NCBI RefSeq assembly: GCF_006345805.1
Contig: NC_043002.1
Span: forward strand, 80,352,001 to 80,416,000
DNA: 64,000 bases
Source of the DNA: Octopus sinensis
Lineage: Eukaryota
Direction: 5' to 3'
Translations under genes and position numbers: made by a program
Shown here: piece after piece, positions 11,601 through 24,689 of the stretch
Position numbering within the stretch: position 1 is the stretch's first letter
Layout: each line of letters opens with the position of its first letter
The notes under the pieces: generated by a model
Database searches by the model: none
Told to the model about the DNA's origin: nothing
What the model saw: only the letters and a program-made list of their open reading frames with translations

Positions 11601-13838
11601 CAAGCAACCTGAATACTTCCCATGAGCCTTTGTTGTCAGTGTGCGCATGAGTCATTGTGTTGTGCACTGAAGAAGATAGCCGGCAGTGTTAAGCCTGCCA
11701 AAAGAAGCTTCTGTAAGGTAAGACTTTCCTCTTTGTCCCAGTGAGGGTTGTTGTCTGTGCTTATATGTTTTACAAACAGGGAATCCTCACTGGATTCAGG
11801 ATGGTGATCTACTTACGGTTCAGCAACATGGTCCATAGTAAATGAAAAATTCTTTTCTCTTTGTGAGAAGTACAGTCTGGTGGGCGTATCCTTGAACCAA
11901 AAAGTGTTCACTTTTTTACGGCAACAACATTTACCATTATTGGAAAACTGTATTTCAAGTGTTTACATGAAGTGAACCTTTTTTCCTCATTGTGAGAAAC
12001 AAAGTGTGGTTACGTTTACTGCTACCAAAATTCGTTCGCTGTTTGTAAATTACGTATATTTTACAACTTCGTTGGAAAGCTGTATTTCAAGTGGAGCAGT
12101 GTAGGTTCGAATTGGAGTATCATAGGGCTTGGAGTACCTGGATGCCCAGAAGATTTTTTTTGCTGTGTTTTTTTTTTAACTGTTGTTTTCTTCTTCTATT
12201 GTGAGGTTTTTATTGAACTGTTTGCATTTTTCTTCTTCCCTTTTGTTTTCTTTTGAATTCTCTCTTTCTTTTTTGTGAACTATTGCTTTGGACATTATAT
12301 TTTTAATTTCAAACATGGCAAAAAAATACGGATAAGATTGTAGAGTGGGAGATTGTCCCACCTCAGGCAGCAAGAGGAGAGGATGGTGGTGTTGAGAACG
12401 TATTCGAAGGTTCTCGACACCATTACCGTCTCTCCCAAGCAGATGATTGAGAAAATCTGCCAACAATTAAATATATCTCTAAGGGAGTCAAACATGCAAC
12501 GGTGTGGTTGCTGTTTGGCACTCAAGAGGGTAAAGAAATTTTGTTTCTTCCCAATTATTGGGGGAAAAAATTGACGAGGGCCTAGGTCTGTGGTTTGCCA
12601 ACTGGAATTGAACCCCAGTGGATAGGGGATACTATCCGTCGGGGTCTGGGTGGCAGCGGAGCCAGGCTCCTCTATGTGAAAATTCTTCCTGCGGCTGATT
12701 GGGTTGGGTCAAAAGCTGTTTTGACCCTGTGGACCCAATCAGCCATGAATCTGGTTATGCCAGATATTTTGAAAATGGCCGGGTACAGGTACCTGGTGAT
12801 TCTTGAGGGTGCCCACTCCACCAGATGTCATCCGTGTCTGGAGCCTGGCCATTTAAAGAAGAACTGTCTTCAGGAACAGATCAAAGTCCTGGAGCAGTCA
12901 TTTATGACCTCTGTAGAAGAGGGAACGAAGGCGGCTGAGGAGACGGGGGACTCCTCAGAGAAGGGCCGCAAGAGGAAGAAGATGAGCAACAATTTTTGAT
13001 CACCGAAGGATCCTGGGGATGAGGGAGGGGAGGTGAATCTCCCAGTCACAGAGGAGACGCACCCTCCCTCAGTTGAGAGGAAAAAGAAGGAAGAGGAAGA
13101 GTAAACAGGACATTGCCGGCAATTGGTGACATAGCACCGGAATGTCCTGAAACCTTGCCGGTAAGGGTTGAGTCACTGGCATGGGAAGTGACACCGTTGG
13201 GGGGAACTGTGCCGCCAACGGTAGAATTGACTACCTCGAAACCAGAGGAAGTGGATCTATTGCTCTTCTACCGAGGAGGAGAGGTAGAAGAGGTGGTGGA
13301 AAGGCACCATAAAGGCGTACCTGTAAACTTCACACAGGATCCCGAATGGCCTCCGTAGATAGCTGAGGAGGTCATAACGGTGGCTGTTGGCTGTAGGTTG
13401 CAGAAACTCAATGAGGAATATTGCTTGTGGCCGGGCGACGCCAGCTCGGATCCCGCCTTGGTCTTGAATGAGGTGTGGGGGATGGTGGAGTATACGGTTT
13501 CAAGCGATGTCGGGGAGGAATAATGGCAAGAGGTTGAAAAGCCTCCGTGTTGTACTGTTTATCATGTTATTGCATGTTATTATGTTTAAGAGGCTTAACT
13601 CCCCAATTCCTAAATGGACTATTAGTTCAAAAATTGTGAAACTGAAGGAAGAGGTTCATTACCTCATTTTGTCTTTTTTTGTGGAAAAAAGAAGAGAATA
13701 ATGTTTGAGAGAAGCAAAGTATCGGCGGGCGTTTTCTCCCATTAATATCATCCTTATTATCATTCACCTCATCAAAGTCTTTGTCCAGCCTGCAAGCTAC
13801 TCTGCATCGTGCCTTTATGGCATAATTTTTGAAATAAA
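11601..13838 (+). mobile_element. L1/Tx1-like element, ORF1-only, flanked by the 13 bp repeat GTAGCTTGCTTAC
   Basis: ~700 bp 5' UTR, decayed ORF1 with CCHC knuckle, A-rich end (gaaataaa). 13-mer at 11588-11600 and 13839-13851. No RT motifs seen. Confidence 0.75.
12315..13523 (+). pseudogene. Decayed ORF1 (gag-like zinc-knuckle protein) of the L1/Tx1-like element
   Basis: Frameshifted pieces ...EERMVVLRTYSKV..., GIEPQWIGDTIRRGLGGSGARLL..., and CHPCLEPGHLKKNC (CX2CX4HX4C) at 12826-12867. Confidence 0.75.
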
Positions 13839-14038
13839 GTAGCTTGCTTACCAGCCACATGGTTCTGGGTTCAGTCCCACTGCATGGCACCTTGGACAAG
13901 TATCTTCTACTATAGCCTCGGGCCGACCAAAGAATTGTGAGTGGATTTGGTCGAGGGAAACTGAAAGAAGCCCGCCGTATATATGTATATGTATATATAT
14001 ATATATGTGTGTGTGTGCGTGTATGTATATATGTATAT

Positions 14039-14088
<50 letters not shown>

Positions 14089-14195
14089 ATATGTTTGTGT
14101 GTCTGTCCTCCCATAATTACTAGATTTACAAAGAATAAGTTCTGGGGTCGATTTGTTCGACAAAAGGCGGTGCTTCAGCATTGGCCGTAGTCAAA
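13839..14195 (+). mobile_element. SINE-A body lacking its first ~25 nt (3' flank of the L1/Tx1-like insertion)
   Basis: Starts at gtagcttgcttac and continues as normal SINE-A to the ggcggtgcttcagcattggccg tail. Confidence 0.85.
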
Positions 14196-14196
14196 T

Positions 14197-14395
<199 letters not shown>

Positions 14396-14774
14396 CGACA
14401 GCGTTCAACCATATAAATTAATACATACCCAAAACTGAGACAGTATTTTCATATTATTTATTCATATACCAAGTCATATTTCACAGGATAACTGAATAGA
14501 TGACAGTGAAGAAATATTTCGAATATGTATCTATGTATTATATACACACGTTTATATACGAAGACACCACTCACTCCAGCATATGCAACCCGAAACCTGA
14601 GTACATAGAGTCTCACACACTCACACACACACACACATACAGACATACACACACGCACGCACAGACGCGCACACATATATATATGTATATCTGTATGTGT
14701 CTGTGTGTATGAGTACATATGTAAAAAATATATATGCATGTATGTGTGGGTACATATACATATACATATATATA

Positions 14775-14851
<77 letters not shown>

Positions 14852-16419
14852 ATATATACATATATATATTTGTATGTACATATATATATGCATACATAGT
14901 GACATATATATATATATATATACTAACACACATATATACATATGTATGTATATATACGCACATATATAAATACATGCATATATACATGCAAATGTCTATT
15001 TATGTATGCACATAGAGAGATAAATCCACACACACACACACACACTTACATACCCCCTCACATACACCTATACAAACACTCATGCTAATATAATGACATA
15101 TATATATATGCCGGTTTATGCAAGTATGTATACCTATACGCACTCACTTATTGACACACACACACTCACACACACACACAAACACACACACACATACACA
15201 CCTTGGACACATACACACACACACACGTTCATTTAAACAGTGCTACGCAACCAGACGTGACTGCGTTATTTATCTACTTATCAAATAATAACTGGGATTC
15301 GTAGAGGACAGACTTTGATAGTTGATAGTTGACAGTTGAAGCCGTTGAAACCGCTTGTCTGGAACATAATTAAAAAGTGATACCTGAATATTTGTTATCA
15401 CAAATTTATGATATTGATTTTGTTTTTCTTCTTCCTGACAAGTTACATGAACAGTTTGCGGAATACCAAACGTTTTATAAATGATAGATTCCAACTTTAC
15501 TTAATTTTTCTGCAGTTTCTTCTTTTTTTATTTTATTTACTTATTATTTATATTTCATTTATTTTCGATTTCTTTCGCTCTATCTCGTTCTGTCCTTAGA
15601 CGATTTGAGTATCATTGAAGTAATTTTGCTTCTTTTTTTTCTGTGAGATCGATATTCCCAGTTCCTCGCTCAACCCTACTGCTCACCAGCTCGGCAACAG
15701 GTAGTGCAGGATGTGGAAGCGCACCCATTGGAGTTTTGGCCCGGTTGCGAAATATTTTTTTCCCACGAGAGTTCCGGACCCTAGTAATGAACTCATTTGC
15801 ATACAGCCAATCAGAGTTCATCTTAACCTTCTCAAGTTAACAAACACACTCTACCAAGTAAACTCAAGACGAAGAACGGTGTTGTAAGGCGACCGATCGC
15901 CAAGTTATACCTGATTTTATGTGACAAATAATTAAATAGATTTGCATGTATATCTATTATCGGAATTTTTTAGGGCCCCATATGGTAAAGGTGTGGATGG
16001 GAAAAATATGGGTAGAGGGTGATGTACTAGCAACCTCTCCCCTTACTGTTTTACCGAGTAAACAACAATACAATAACTAAGCAGAGCCAGCCATGGTTAA
16101 AACAAGAAGAACAACAAGCATTATTAAAAGAGAAACGCATGGTCATTCGTTATCCAAGTGATCTCATCACCCATCGCTTGTTATATGCTCATAAATTAGT
16201 GTGATAGCTGAGCTCTGACTGGTTGTATGTAAATGAGTTCATAACACTCGTGGGAAAAAAATTTCGCGACCCGGTTTGGGTTGCGGATGGGGCAATGAAA
16301 GCGCGTTGGACATCCTCCCGAGAAACTTCATAGCCAAAATGAACAAGCATCGAGACAGTTTTTGACTGAGTTTTCATTATTGGGTTAATCTGATTTGATT
16401 GATGTACAAATATAATATA

Positions 16420-16638
16420 CCTTTCCACTATAGGCACAAGCCTGAAATTGAGGGTGGTGGGAGGAGCTAGTCGATTAAATTGACTCCGGTGTTCAAATTG
16501 GTACTTAATTTATCGACCCCGAGAGGATGTAAGGCAAAGTCGACCTCAGTGGAATTTGAACTCAGAACGTAAAGATGGACGAAATGCCGCAAAGCATTTT
16601 GCTCGGTGCGCTAACGATTCTGCCAAGTTCGCCGCCTT
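16420..16638 (-). mobile_element. SINE-B, full length
   Basis: Reverse complement of aaggcggcgaacttggcagaatcgttagc...gttctgagttcaaattcc...cttgtgcctatagtggaaagg. Confidence 0.85.
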
Positions 16639-16666
16639 GTATTCAAATATAATAATAATAATGATG

Positions 16667-16735
<69 letters not shown>

Positions 16736-16766
16736 TAATAATAATAATAATAATGATAATAATAAA

Positions 16767-18732
16767 GATTGATCGATGGAAATTGAACCAAGAAACGAAA
16801 CATGACAATGAAATTCTGAAATACATCAGAACAAACAACATCACAGAAACACATAATTTGATTGTTGTAGCAGAAAACATGGGTGCTGATATCAAGAAAA
16901 AAAAATATAAAGGTAGTGACAAAAGAAAAGATCCATGGTGGAAGAGAAGAATCCAGTCAGGGTTAGACATGCTCTCGAAGGAAATTTCTGTGTTAGACAG
17001 AAAAGAGAAAGAGGAGCTTAAAAGCGAACAAAAATACAGGGCGCTGAAAAGGAATTATAATATTGAAAGAAGGGGCCTAAAAGTATTAGTGGAGGAACTG
17101 AAACAGCGCCTCGTTGCAAAGAAAGCAAAGATGGTAAGATATGGCCAAAAAATGAAGGGTCATCACAAGAACGGGTTATTCAGAGTATATCAGAAGAGAT
17201 TCTATAAAGAAATAAATGGAGACTGTACAGATGAAAAGTTGATACTAGATGACATTGAAAATCAGAGATTCTGGAGTGACATCTGGAGCAAAGACAATGG
17301 GCACAGGAAGGATGCTGAATGGTTGCAAGAACTGAAACAAACAGTAGTCTGTCCAAAACAGGCAAAACTAGTCATTACAGTTAGGGAAGTGAAGGAAATC
17401 AGCAAAAAAAATGAGCAAATGGAAGGCCCTGGGACCAAATGGAGTTCAAGGCAACTGGATCAAAAGATTTGGTGAATGTATGCACGAATAGCTGCGCAAC
17501 TCAATACCTTGGTAAATGCTGTCCAAGGAACACCAGGATGGTTGACATTGGGTAGGACAGTGTTGTGCCTGAAAAACATCGAAAAAGGCAATACGGTAGA
17601 CAATTACAGGCCGATATCCTGTTTGCCATTTACGTGGATGTTATTGAAATAAATGGAGTCCTGCCACATGGGCAGAAGGGTTGCAAGCGTAAGTGTATAG
17701 GTACCAAGGATCAACTCCTGATGGACAAAACTGTACATAGAGACTGCAAGAGGAGGAAAAGTAACTTCGCCATATCATGGATCGACTATTGTAAGGCGTA
17801 CGATATGACCCCACATTCTTGGATTATGGAGTATATGAACCTATTTGGTATTGCATCGAATGTTGAGTGATTGCTTGGAAAAAGTATGGAGTTCTGGCGG
17901 ACGGACCTGACAGCATACGTAAGAAGTTTTGGGACAGTAAAAATTAGGAGGGTCATCCCCACTGATCTTTGTAATGTGCTTGATACCACTAACACTGATT
18001 CTGAGGAAAGTAAAAGCGGGTTATGTATTCAAAAGGCGCCACCAAAAAGTGAACCACTTGTTATTCATGGATGATCTCAAACTTTATGGTGAAGATGAAA
18101 CCCAAGTCAGTTCCATCGTTGATACGGTGTATAACTCAGTGCTGATCTCAGAATGGTGCTCGGACTGAGAAAGTATGGTGTGTTAGTCTTGAAGAGAGGC
18201 AAAATCAAATGTATGGATGGGCTAACGATACCGTCAGTGGAGGTTATGAAGCAGATAGAAGAGATGGGCTATAAGTACTTTGGATTACTGGAAATGGATA
18301 AATTGATGGAGAAAGAAACGACAGAAAAATGTAAGACTGAGACCCATAAGTCGAAATTAAACGGACGGAATAAAATCGAAGCTATCAACACCTGGGCGGT
18401 TTCACTCCTTAAATATGGAGCAGGGGTAATTGCATAGACAGTAGACGAACTAAACTGCTTAGACAGAAAAACAAGTAAGTTGCTAACCAGATATGGTTCA
18501 CTCAACCCAAAAAGAGACACAGACAGACTGTAAGTACCAAGAAAATGAGGGGATGAGAACTTATTGGATGCGAACACAGCATTAGAGCAAGAGAAAACAA
18601 CATAGCATGTTATGTAAAAAATGCCACAGAACCGCTATTATTAGAAGTAGGATGAAAGATTGCAAAGATAAAGCACTATACAAGAAATTGAAAACGAATG
18701 TAGCTGAAAATAGGTGGGTAAAGAATAGAATG
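16767..18732 (+). mobile_element. R4/Dong-like non-LTR retrotransposon, decayed ORF with RT domain, truncated at both ends
   Basis: PWWKRRIQ..., GRTVLCLK...NYRPISCLP, QKGCKRKCIGTKDQLLMDK, ISWIDYCKAYDMTPHSWI, VNHLLFMDDLKLY, YKYFG, NKIEAINTWAVSLLKYGAG. Left flank is (TAA)n. Confidence 0.85.
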
Positions 18733-19824
18733 CCATTTTCGAAAAATCTGGCATAACCAGATTCATGACTAATTGGGTCCACAGGGTCAAAACAGCTTCT
18801 GACCCAACCCAATCAGCCACAGGAAGAATTTTCACATTGAGGAGCCTGGCTCCGCTGCCACCTAGACCCCGACGGATAGTATCCTCTATCCACTGGGGTT
18901 CAATTCCGGGTGGCAAACCACAGACCCAAGCCCTCGTCAACTTTTTCCCACAATAAGTGGAAAGAAACAAAATTTCTCTACCCTCAAAGGTCTTGCTCGC
19001 AAAACCGCGAGTCTCCTTTGGGGTGTCAAATAGCAATCACCGTGGCATATTTGACACCCCTAGAGATATACTTAATGGTTGGCAGATGTTCCGCCGATTC
19101 CTGCTCAATCAGCTGCTTGGAGAAGAGGGCAGTGGTGTCGAAAACCTTCGAATACGTTCTCAACAACACCGTCCTCTCCTCTTGCTGTCTGAGCCACTCC
19201 TGAGGTGGGACAATCTCCCACTCTACAATCTTATCCGTATTTTTTGCAATGTGTTAAATTAAAAAGTTCAAAAAGTTCATAGATTTCAAAAAGAAAAGAG
19301 AGAAATAAAAAGGAAACAAAAGGGAAGAAGAAAAAAGCAAACAGTTCAATAAATAGAGTCACAATAGAAGAAAACAACAGTTCAACAAAACACAGTAAAA
19401 AAATCTTCTGGGCATTCAGGTACTCCGAGCCCTATGATACTCCGATTAGAACCTAGACTGCTCACTTGAAACACAGCTTTCCAATGATTGGTAAACGTTG
19501 TTGTAAAAACACATATTATTCACAAAAAGCGAACAACTTTTGGTGGCAGGATACGCCCTCAAACTATACTTCTCACAATGAGAAACAAGAAATTCTCATT
19601 GTGAACAATATTGCTGAACTGCAAGCAGACTAAAATTCTGAATCCAGTGAGGAATCCTTGTTTGTAAAAATATATAACCACAGACAACAACCCCCACTGC
19701 ACCCAAGAGATAAAAGTCTTACCTTGCAGCAGCTACTTTCTTGCTGGTTAAACACCGCCGGTTATCTTTTTCAGTGCAGAACACAATGACGCCTGCGTAC
19801 ACTGACAATAAAGGCTCATGAGAA
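18733..19824 (-). mobile_element. Second copy of the L1/Tx1-like family (5' UTR and first part of ORF1), 3'-truncated
   Basis: Reverse complement aligns to ~11617-12780 (GLPPGIEPQWIEDTIRRGLGGSGARLLNVKILP). Confidence 0.85.
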
Positions 19825-19861
19825 GTAAGCAAGCTACTTATCACACAGCCACTCCTGCGCC
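19825..19861 (-). mobile_element. SINE-A head only (5' flank of the second L1/Tx1-like copy)
   Basis: Reverse complement reads ggcgcaggagtggctgtgtgataagtagcttgcttac, then the element 5' UTR begins. Confidence 0.85.
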
Positions 19862-20705
19862 TAAATTTTTAATTAAATTGATTTTTTAACTTCCCCCGTT
19901 AAGTGGTAAGCGTTATTTCTTTTGTATCTGATGTGGCAAGAGGCTAAAATTACTGAACACTATTCAGATAGGGAGTAAACTCAGAGAAATTTTATTGGTA
20001 ATAGTAGCTGATTAAACAACTACAAAGTTGATCCAATAGATGTGTGTGAAATGTAGCTAGCTGGATAAAACACATGCTAATTCTGATATGTTTGAAATTT
20101 CATATGTATATATATATATAGATACATACATACACACACATGCACTCACGCATGCACACACACATCTATTATATATATGTGTGTGTATGTGTCATAATAT
20201 ATAGATATTGCATATATTATACATATACACGCGTAAAAAGATAAACACATAAGTACACTCATACATACATACATAATACATATATGTAGGTATGTATTTA
20301 TGTATATGTATGCGTCTATGTATAAACATAGATACAATCACATGCTTATACATACACACTCATACGCTTAAGTGTGTGATTGTACAACTCTACACATACG
20401 CACACACACACATACATTCACACACACATTCACACTTACACGTACACATAGAGAGACGATGCTGAAGAGTCCTTCTTCAAATGTACACAAATGTTAACAG
20501 GGGTTTTAAACTGCGATGTAAAAAGGTCATGTTGCACGTCACCATGACATCTGTCACAGAGAGGAGAGCAAACAGAAATATATATATCAATAATTTAAAT
20601 ACTGCGGAGGTCCACTTGCTTGTGACCTTTATTGACCTCTGCATCGTACACCAGCAGTATATTCGGGTGAATAACACTATCTATTTGCCATACTTTCTCA
20701 CTGCA

Positions 20706-21081
20706 GGCGTGGTTGTGTTTTAAGAAATTTGCTTCCTAATCACATGCTCACGAGTTCAGCACCACTGCGTGGCACCTTGCGCATGTGTCTTCTATGATAG
20801 CCTCATGCCTTGGGAATGGATTTGGTACACGAATACCGAAAGAAGCCCGTCGAATTTATGCATATGTGTGTCTTTATGCATGTGTTTGTCCCCCTCCATG
20901 GCTTTACAACCGGTTTTGGTCTGTTTACGTCCCCGTAACTTAGCGGTTCGGCAAAAGATAATAAGTACCAGGTTTACCGAAAGAATAAATACTGCGTTTG
21001 ATTCATTCGACTAAAAATTCTTCAAGGCCGTGCTCCAGCATGGCCGCAGTCTACTGATTGAAAGAAGTAAAATATTAAAAG
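20706..21081 (+). mobile_element. SINE-A, diverged full length
   Basis: Head, body and tail ggccgtgctccagcatggccgcagtc all present. Confidence 0.85.
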
Positions 21082-21415
21082 CCATAAAGATAACGGCATA
21101 ACGTGAACAGCATGACGTTCTGTACTCACTACGCTTTTACATATTCGGCATGTACACACCGCTACACTTATCCAGGGTGTTTGGGCTAAATTTGACATTT
21201 TGCACGAAATGAAAAGATAAGACAGTATCTTTTTCGAAAAAAAAAATCCCCAAAATATGAACTAAATTATGTCTGGATATGTTATATATTGTTTTACCCT
21301 ACCCGCCACTGCACTAAATCTACGGATTACAACAGGTAATCGAAACTGTGCCGGTACTTTACTCATCATCCACTTATACATTTTGTGCAATTTCTCCATT
21401 TTATATATATATATG

Positions 21416-21502
<87 letters not shown>

Positions 21503-21651
21503 CATATATATATATCAGAGAGATGTATGTAATATAATTTTTCTGAATCTTCAGATTTTTCTATATGCTAGACCAGTGGTTTTAAATTGCTATCAATCAA
21601 ATTAATATTCAAATGTTCACCCTTCCTTATTATTTTGAATTTCAAATTTAA

Positions 21652-21679
<28 letters not shown>

Positions 21680-21699
<20 letters not shown>

Positions 21700-22440
21700 G
21701 GTGAGAAAGTGGGGGTGTGAAAGCACGTGGTTGAATATATAGAAAGTAGTAAAAAGTGAAAAAACTACAGAAGGCTTGTTTTAAAAGGTTAAAAAATATA
21801 TTTGAGTCATTATGTCAGAAGAATGTTATAAATTTTTTTTATACAGTGACATAGTTTTCATACAGTGACATATATTTTTACAAACATATATATATATATA
21901 TACAGAGAGAGAGAGAGAGATATGAGAAGTATTGGTGTCAATAAGACTCAAGGGTGTCAGGTAGTGCTGAGTATGTGCTATGGACGGACTATAGTTAAGG
22001 TCCCGGTTCGGTGATTATGCGAATGAAGAGTCCAACGTAGATCGTATATCACCATGTGTATATATAAAAAAATATTAACGGAATGAGATAAAAATCCAAG
22101 GCTGTGAAAGATTTCAGAACATTTATAAATAGGTCTTACAGCTGATTCCGGGATATTTTATATATCACTTTATCGGAGACGGTGTGAGAGAATAGTTAAG
22201 CAATAGTTATTCTAGATAGGATATGAAATATAGAGTGAAGTGGTGGAATGGAAAGAGACGTGAAATATGCAGGGATATTGTAACTGGAGTTCATTATTTA
22301 GGCAGAGTGGTATATATATACGATTCATGTACCCTGTAAGTTCAAATAGTATTTAAAATTGGTCATTCCAAGCATAAAGTTTGTAAACGGTGTTATTGAA
22401 TCAAGGCTTTTTTTTTAAGTGACTTAAATGTTGGGAAAGT
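21680..22440 (-). mobile_element. Probable Penelope-like pLTR/3' remnant
   Basis: Contains a hammerhead-shaped motif at 22132-22180 on the minus strand and abuts (TA)n. No convincing protein motif. Confidence 0.4.
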
Positions 22441-22955
22441 ATTTGTAAGGTCAAATCAAAAACAGGAAGAGAAGAAAAAGAAAAGAAGAAAAAAAAAGAA
22501 AAAAGGGAAAAGGGAAATATATATATATATAAAGTTAATAAAAAAGAACGGCGAAGAAAGACATAAAAAAAAAACATCAACGCGAGGACGTGGTACATGC
22601 AAAGTATTAATAGGACGCTCAGAGAAAGAAAGAAAGTGTGGTTGTTTTAAGTTCATCTTCAGAAACAGGAGACATAAGAAAGTCCAAACGAAAAGGAAGA
22701 AAGCGGAATACATATATAATATTTTACCTGTTCCAATCATTAGAGAGCGGTGTTGCTGGGGCGCCGCCTTGAACTGTTACAGCCTAAAAGATCAAACGCA
22801 ATACTTACATTTTCAGTTTGATACTTTTTCTATCGGCCGATGTCCTGAACTGCTGAGTTATAGGGGACGTAAACAAACCAACACCAGTCGTGAAGGGATA
22901 TGCTTGCGCGGGATGCGACATAAATGCATGCGCGCGCTCTCTCTCTCATACATAT

Positions 22956-23353
22956 GGCGCCGGAGTGTCTGGTAAGCAGCTTGCTTACGAACCACATTCC
23001 GGGTTCAGTCCCACTCGGTGGCACCTTGGGCAAGTGTCTTCTACTATAGCCTCGAGCCGACCAAAGCCTTGTGAGAGGATTTGGTAGATGGAAACTGAAA
23101 GAAGCCCGTCGTATATATATATGTATGTGTGTGTGTGTGTGTGTGTTTCTGTGTCTGTTTTTGTACCCCCAACATCTCTTGATAACAGATGCTGGTGTCT
23201 TTACGTCCCCGTCACTTAGCGGTTCGGCAAGTGAGACCGATAGAGTAAGTACTAGGCTTACAAAGAATAAGTCCTGGGGTCGATTTGCGCGACTAAAGGC
23301 GGTGCTCCAACATGGCCGCAGTCAAATGACTGAAACAAATAAAAGATAAAAGA
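22956..23353 (+). mobile_element. SINE-A, full length (a minus-strand SINE-A tail precedes it at ~22745-22890)
   Basis: Matches 8806-9190; complete tail ggcggtgctccaacatggccgcagtcaaatgactgaaac. Confidence 0.9.
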
Positions 23354-23968
23354 GATATATGTATGTACGTACGTATGTATGTAGGTATGTATGACGCGCT
23401 TCCACACAGTTTCCTTCTAACAAATTCATCCAAAAGTATTGATCAGTCCAAGGTGCGGCGCAGTGGAACAACACCCAAAACCACTTAGTTTCAAAGCGAG
23501 CGTCTTAACCACACAGCCATATATACATGCGCACAAACCATATGAATAATCTTAGATTCCACCAAGTTTACGGTATTACAAATGTCACCAGATTGCTGCT
23601 GATAAGAAACCAATATTTCTGATGAAATAAAATCAACTGTTTATAATATTTAACATGCAAATGTTACCTTAATCTTGTATAAATTTTACGTTTGTTTTCT
23701 AGAACGACGTGCTTAAAAGTATGTACGTACACTTGAATACATTGACGGCATACATATTCATGTATGAATGTATGTGCGCGTGTGTGTGTGCGTGTGCATT
23801 GTGTGTGTGTAGTGTGTGTGTGTGTGTGTGTAAGTATGTGCGCGTACACATGTACTTATTCCTAGCACAACGAACATATGCGTACAAACTTACAGACATC
23901 AATAGATAATAAAGAAGATACACGTCTGTATGTACGTATGTGTGTATCTATGTATGTATGTATGATAG

Positions 23969-24005
<37 letters not shown>

Positions 24006-24649
24006 ATACGTATATATATGTGCGTGTGTGTGGTGTGTATGTATATGTGTGCACACACAAGTATGTATACCTACCATAGCTTAAATATGCGTACAAATCT
24101 ACACACACCAACGAATGATAAAGAAGATACACGTCATTAAGTACCAATTGACTTTCAAATATCTGTTGTTCACACCTTTCGCAAGAAAGGTAAATATATA
24201 CAAGTGCTAACGTACTATCTTAAAGATAGCTGGCTGGAAATTAATTTTTCTGTAAGATATATAGCAATTTTATTATACAAACGTGAATTTAGTATCTGTC
24301 TTTGGAGTGGGGCTAAGCCTGCATGTAACTTTGACGTCTTTATCAGATCACATAGATCCTAGTAAACATTAATTCATAAAATATCGCTTCCTGTGAGTAT
24401 AACTGCATGTTTGAGATTATGTATGCACGTGTATGTTTATTTGTTTGTGTGTGTGACTGTGTGTGTGTGTGTTTGTGTGTTTGTATGTGTGTATATGCGT
24501 GTATTTCTGTGAACGTATTCTGTCTATATTTCTTTTTGTCAGCATCGGTTTATCATTTCTATTTGTAAATACTTGTCAGTTTTTTTTTTACGTAAAATGC
24601 TTATTTCCGTTAGTATGTATTCGCACGAATGTGTACCCGCACAAAGTGA

Positions 24650-24689
<40 letters not shown>

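Noticed and set aside
11497-13851. Reading the L1/Tx1-like element as an LTR element with ~100 bp terminal repeats
   Set aside because: No TG..CA ends or PBS, and the second copy has a SINE head rather than the repeat upstream. Tandem insertion is more parsimonious.
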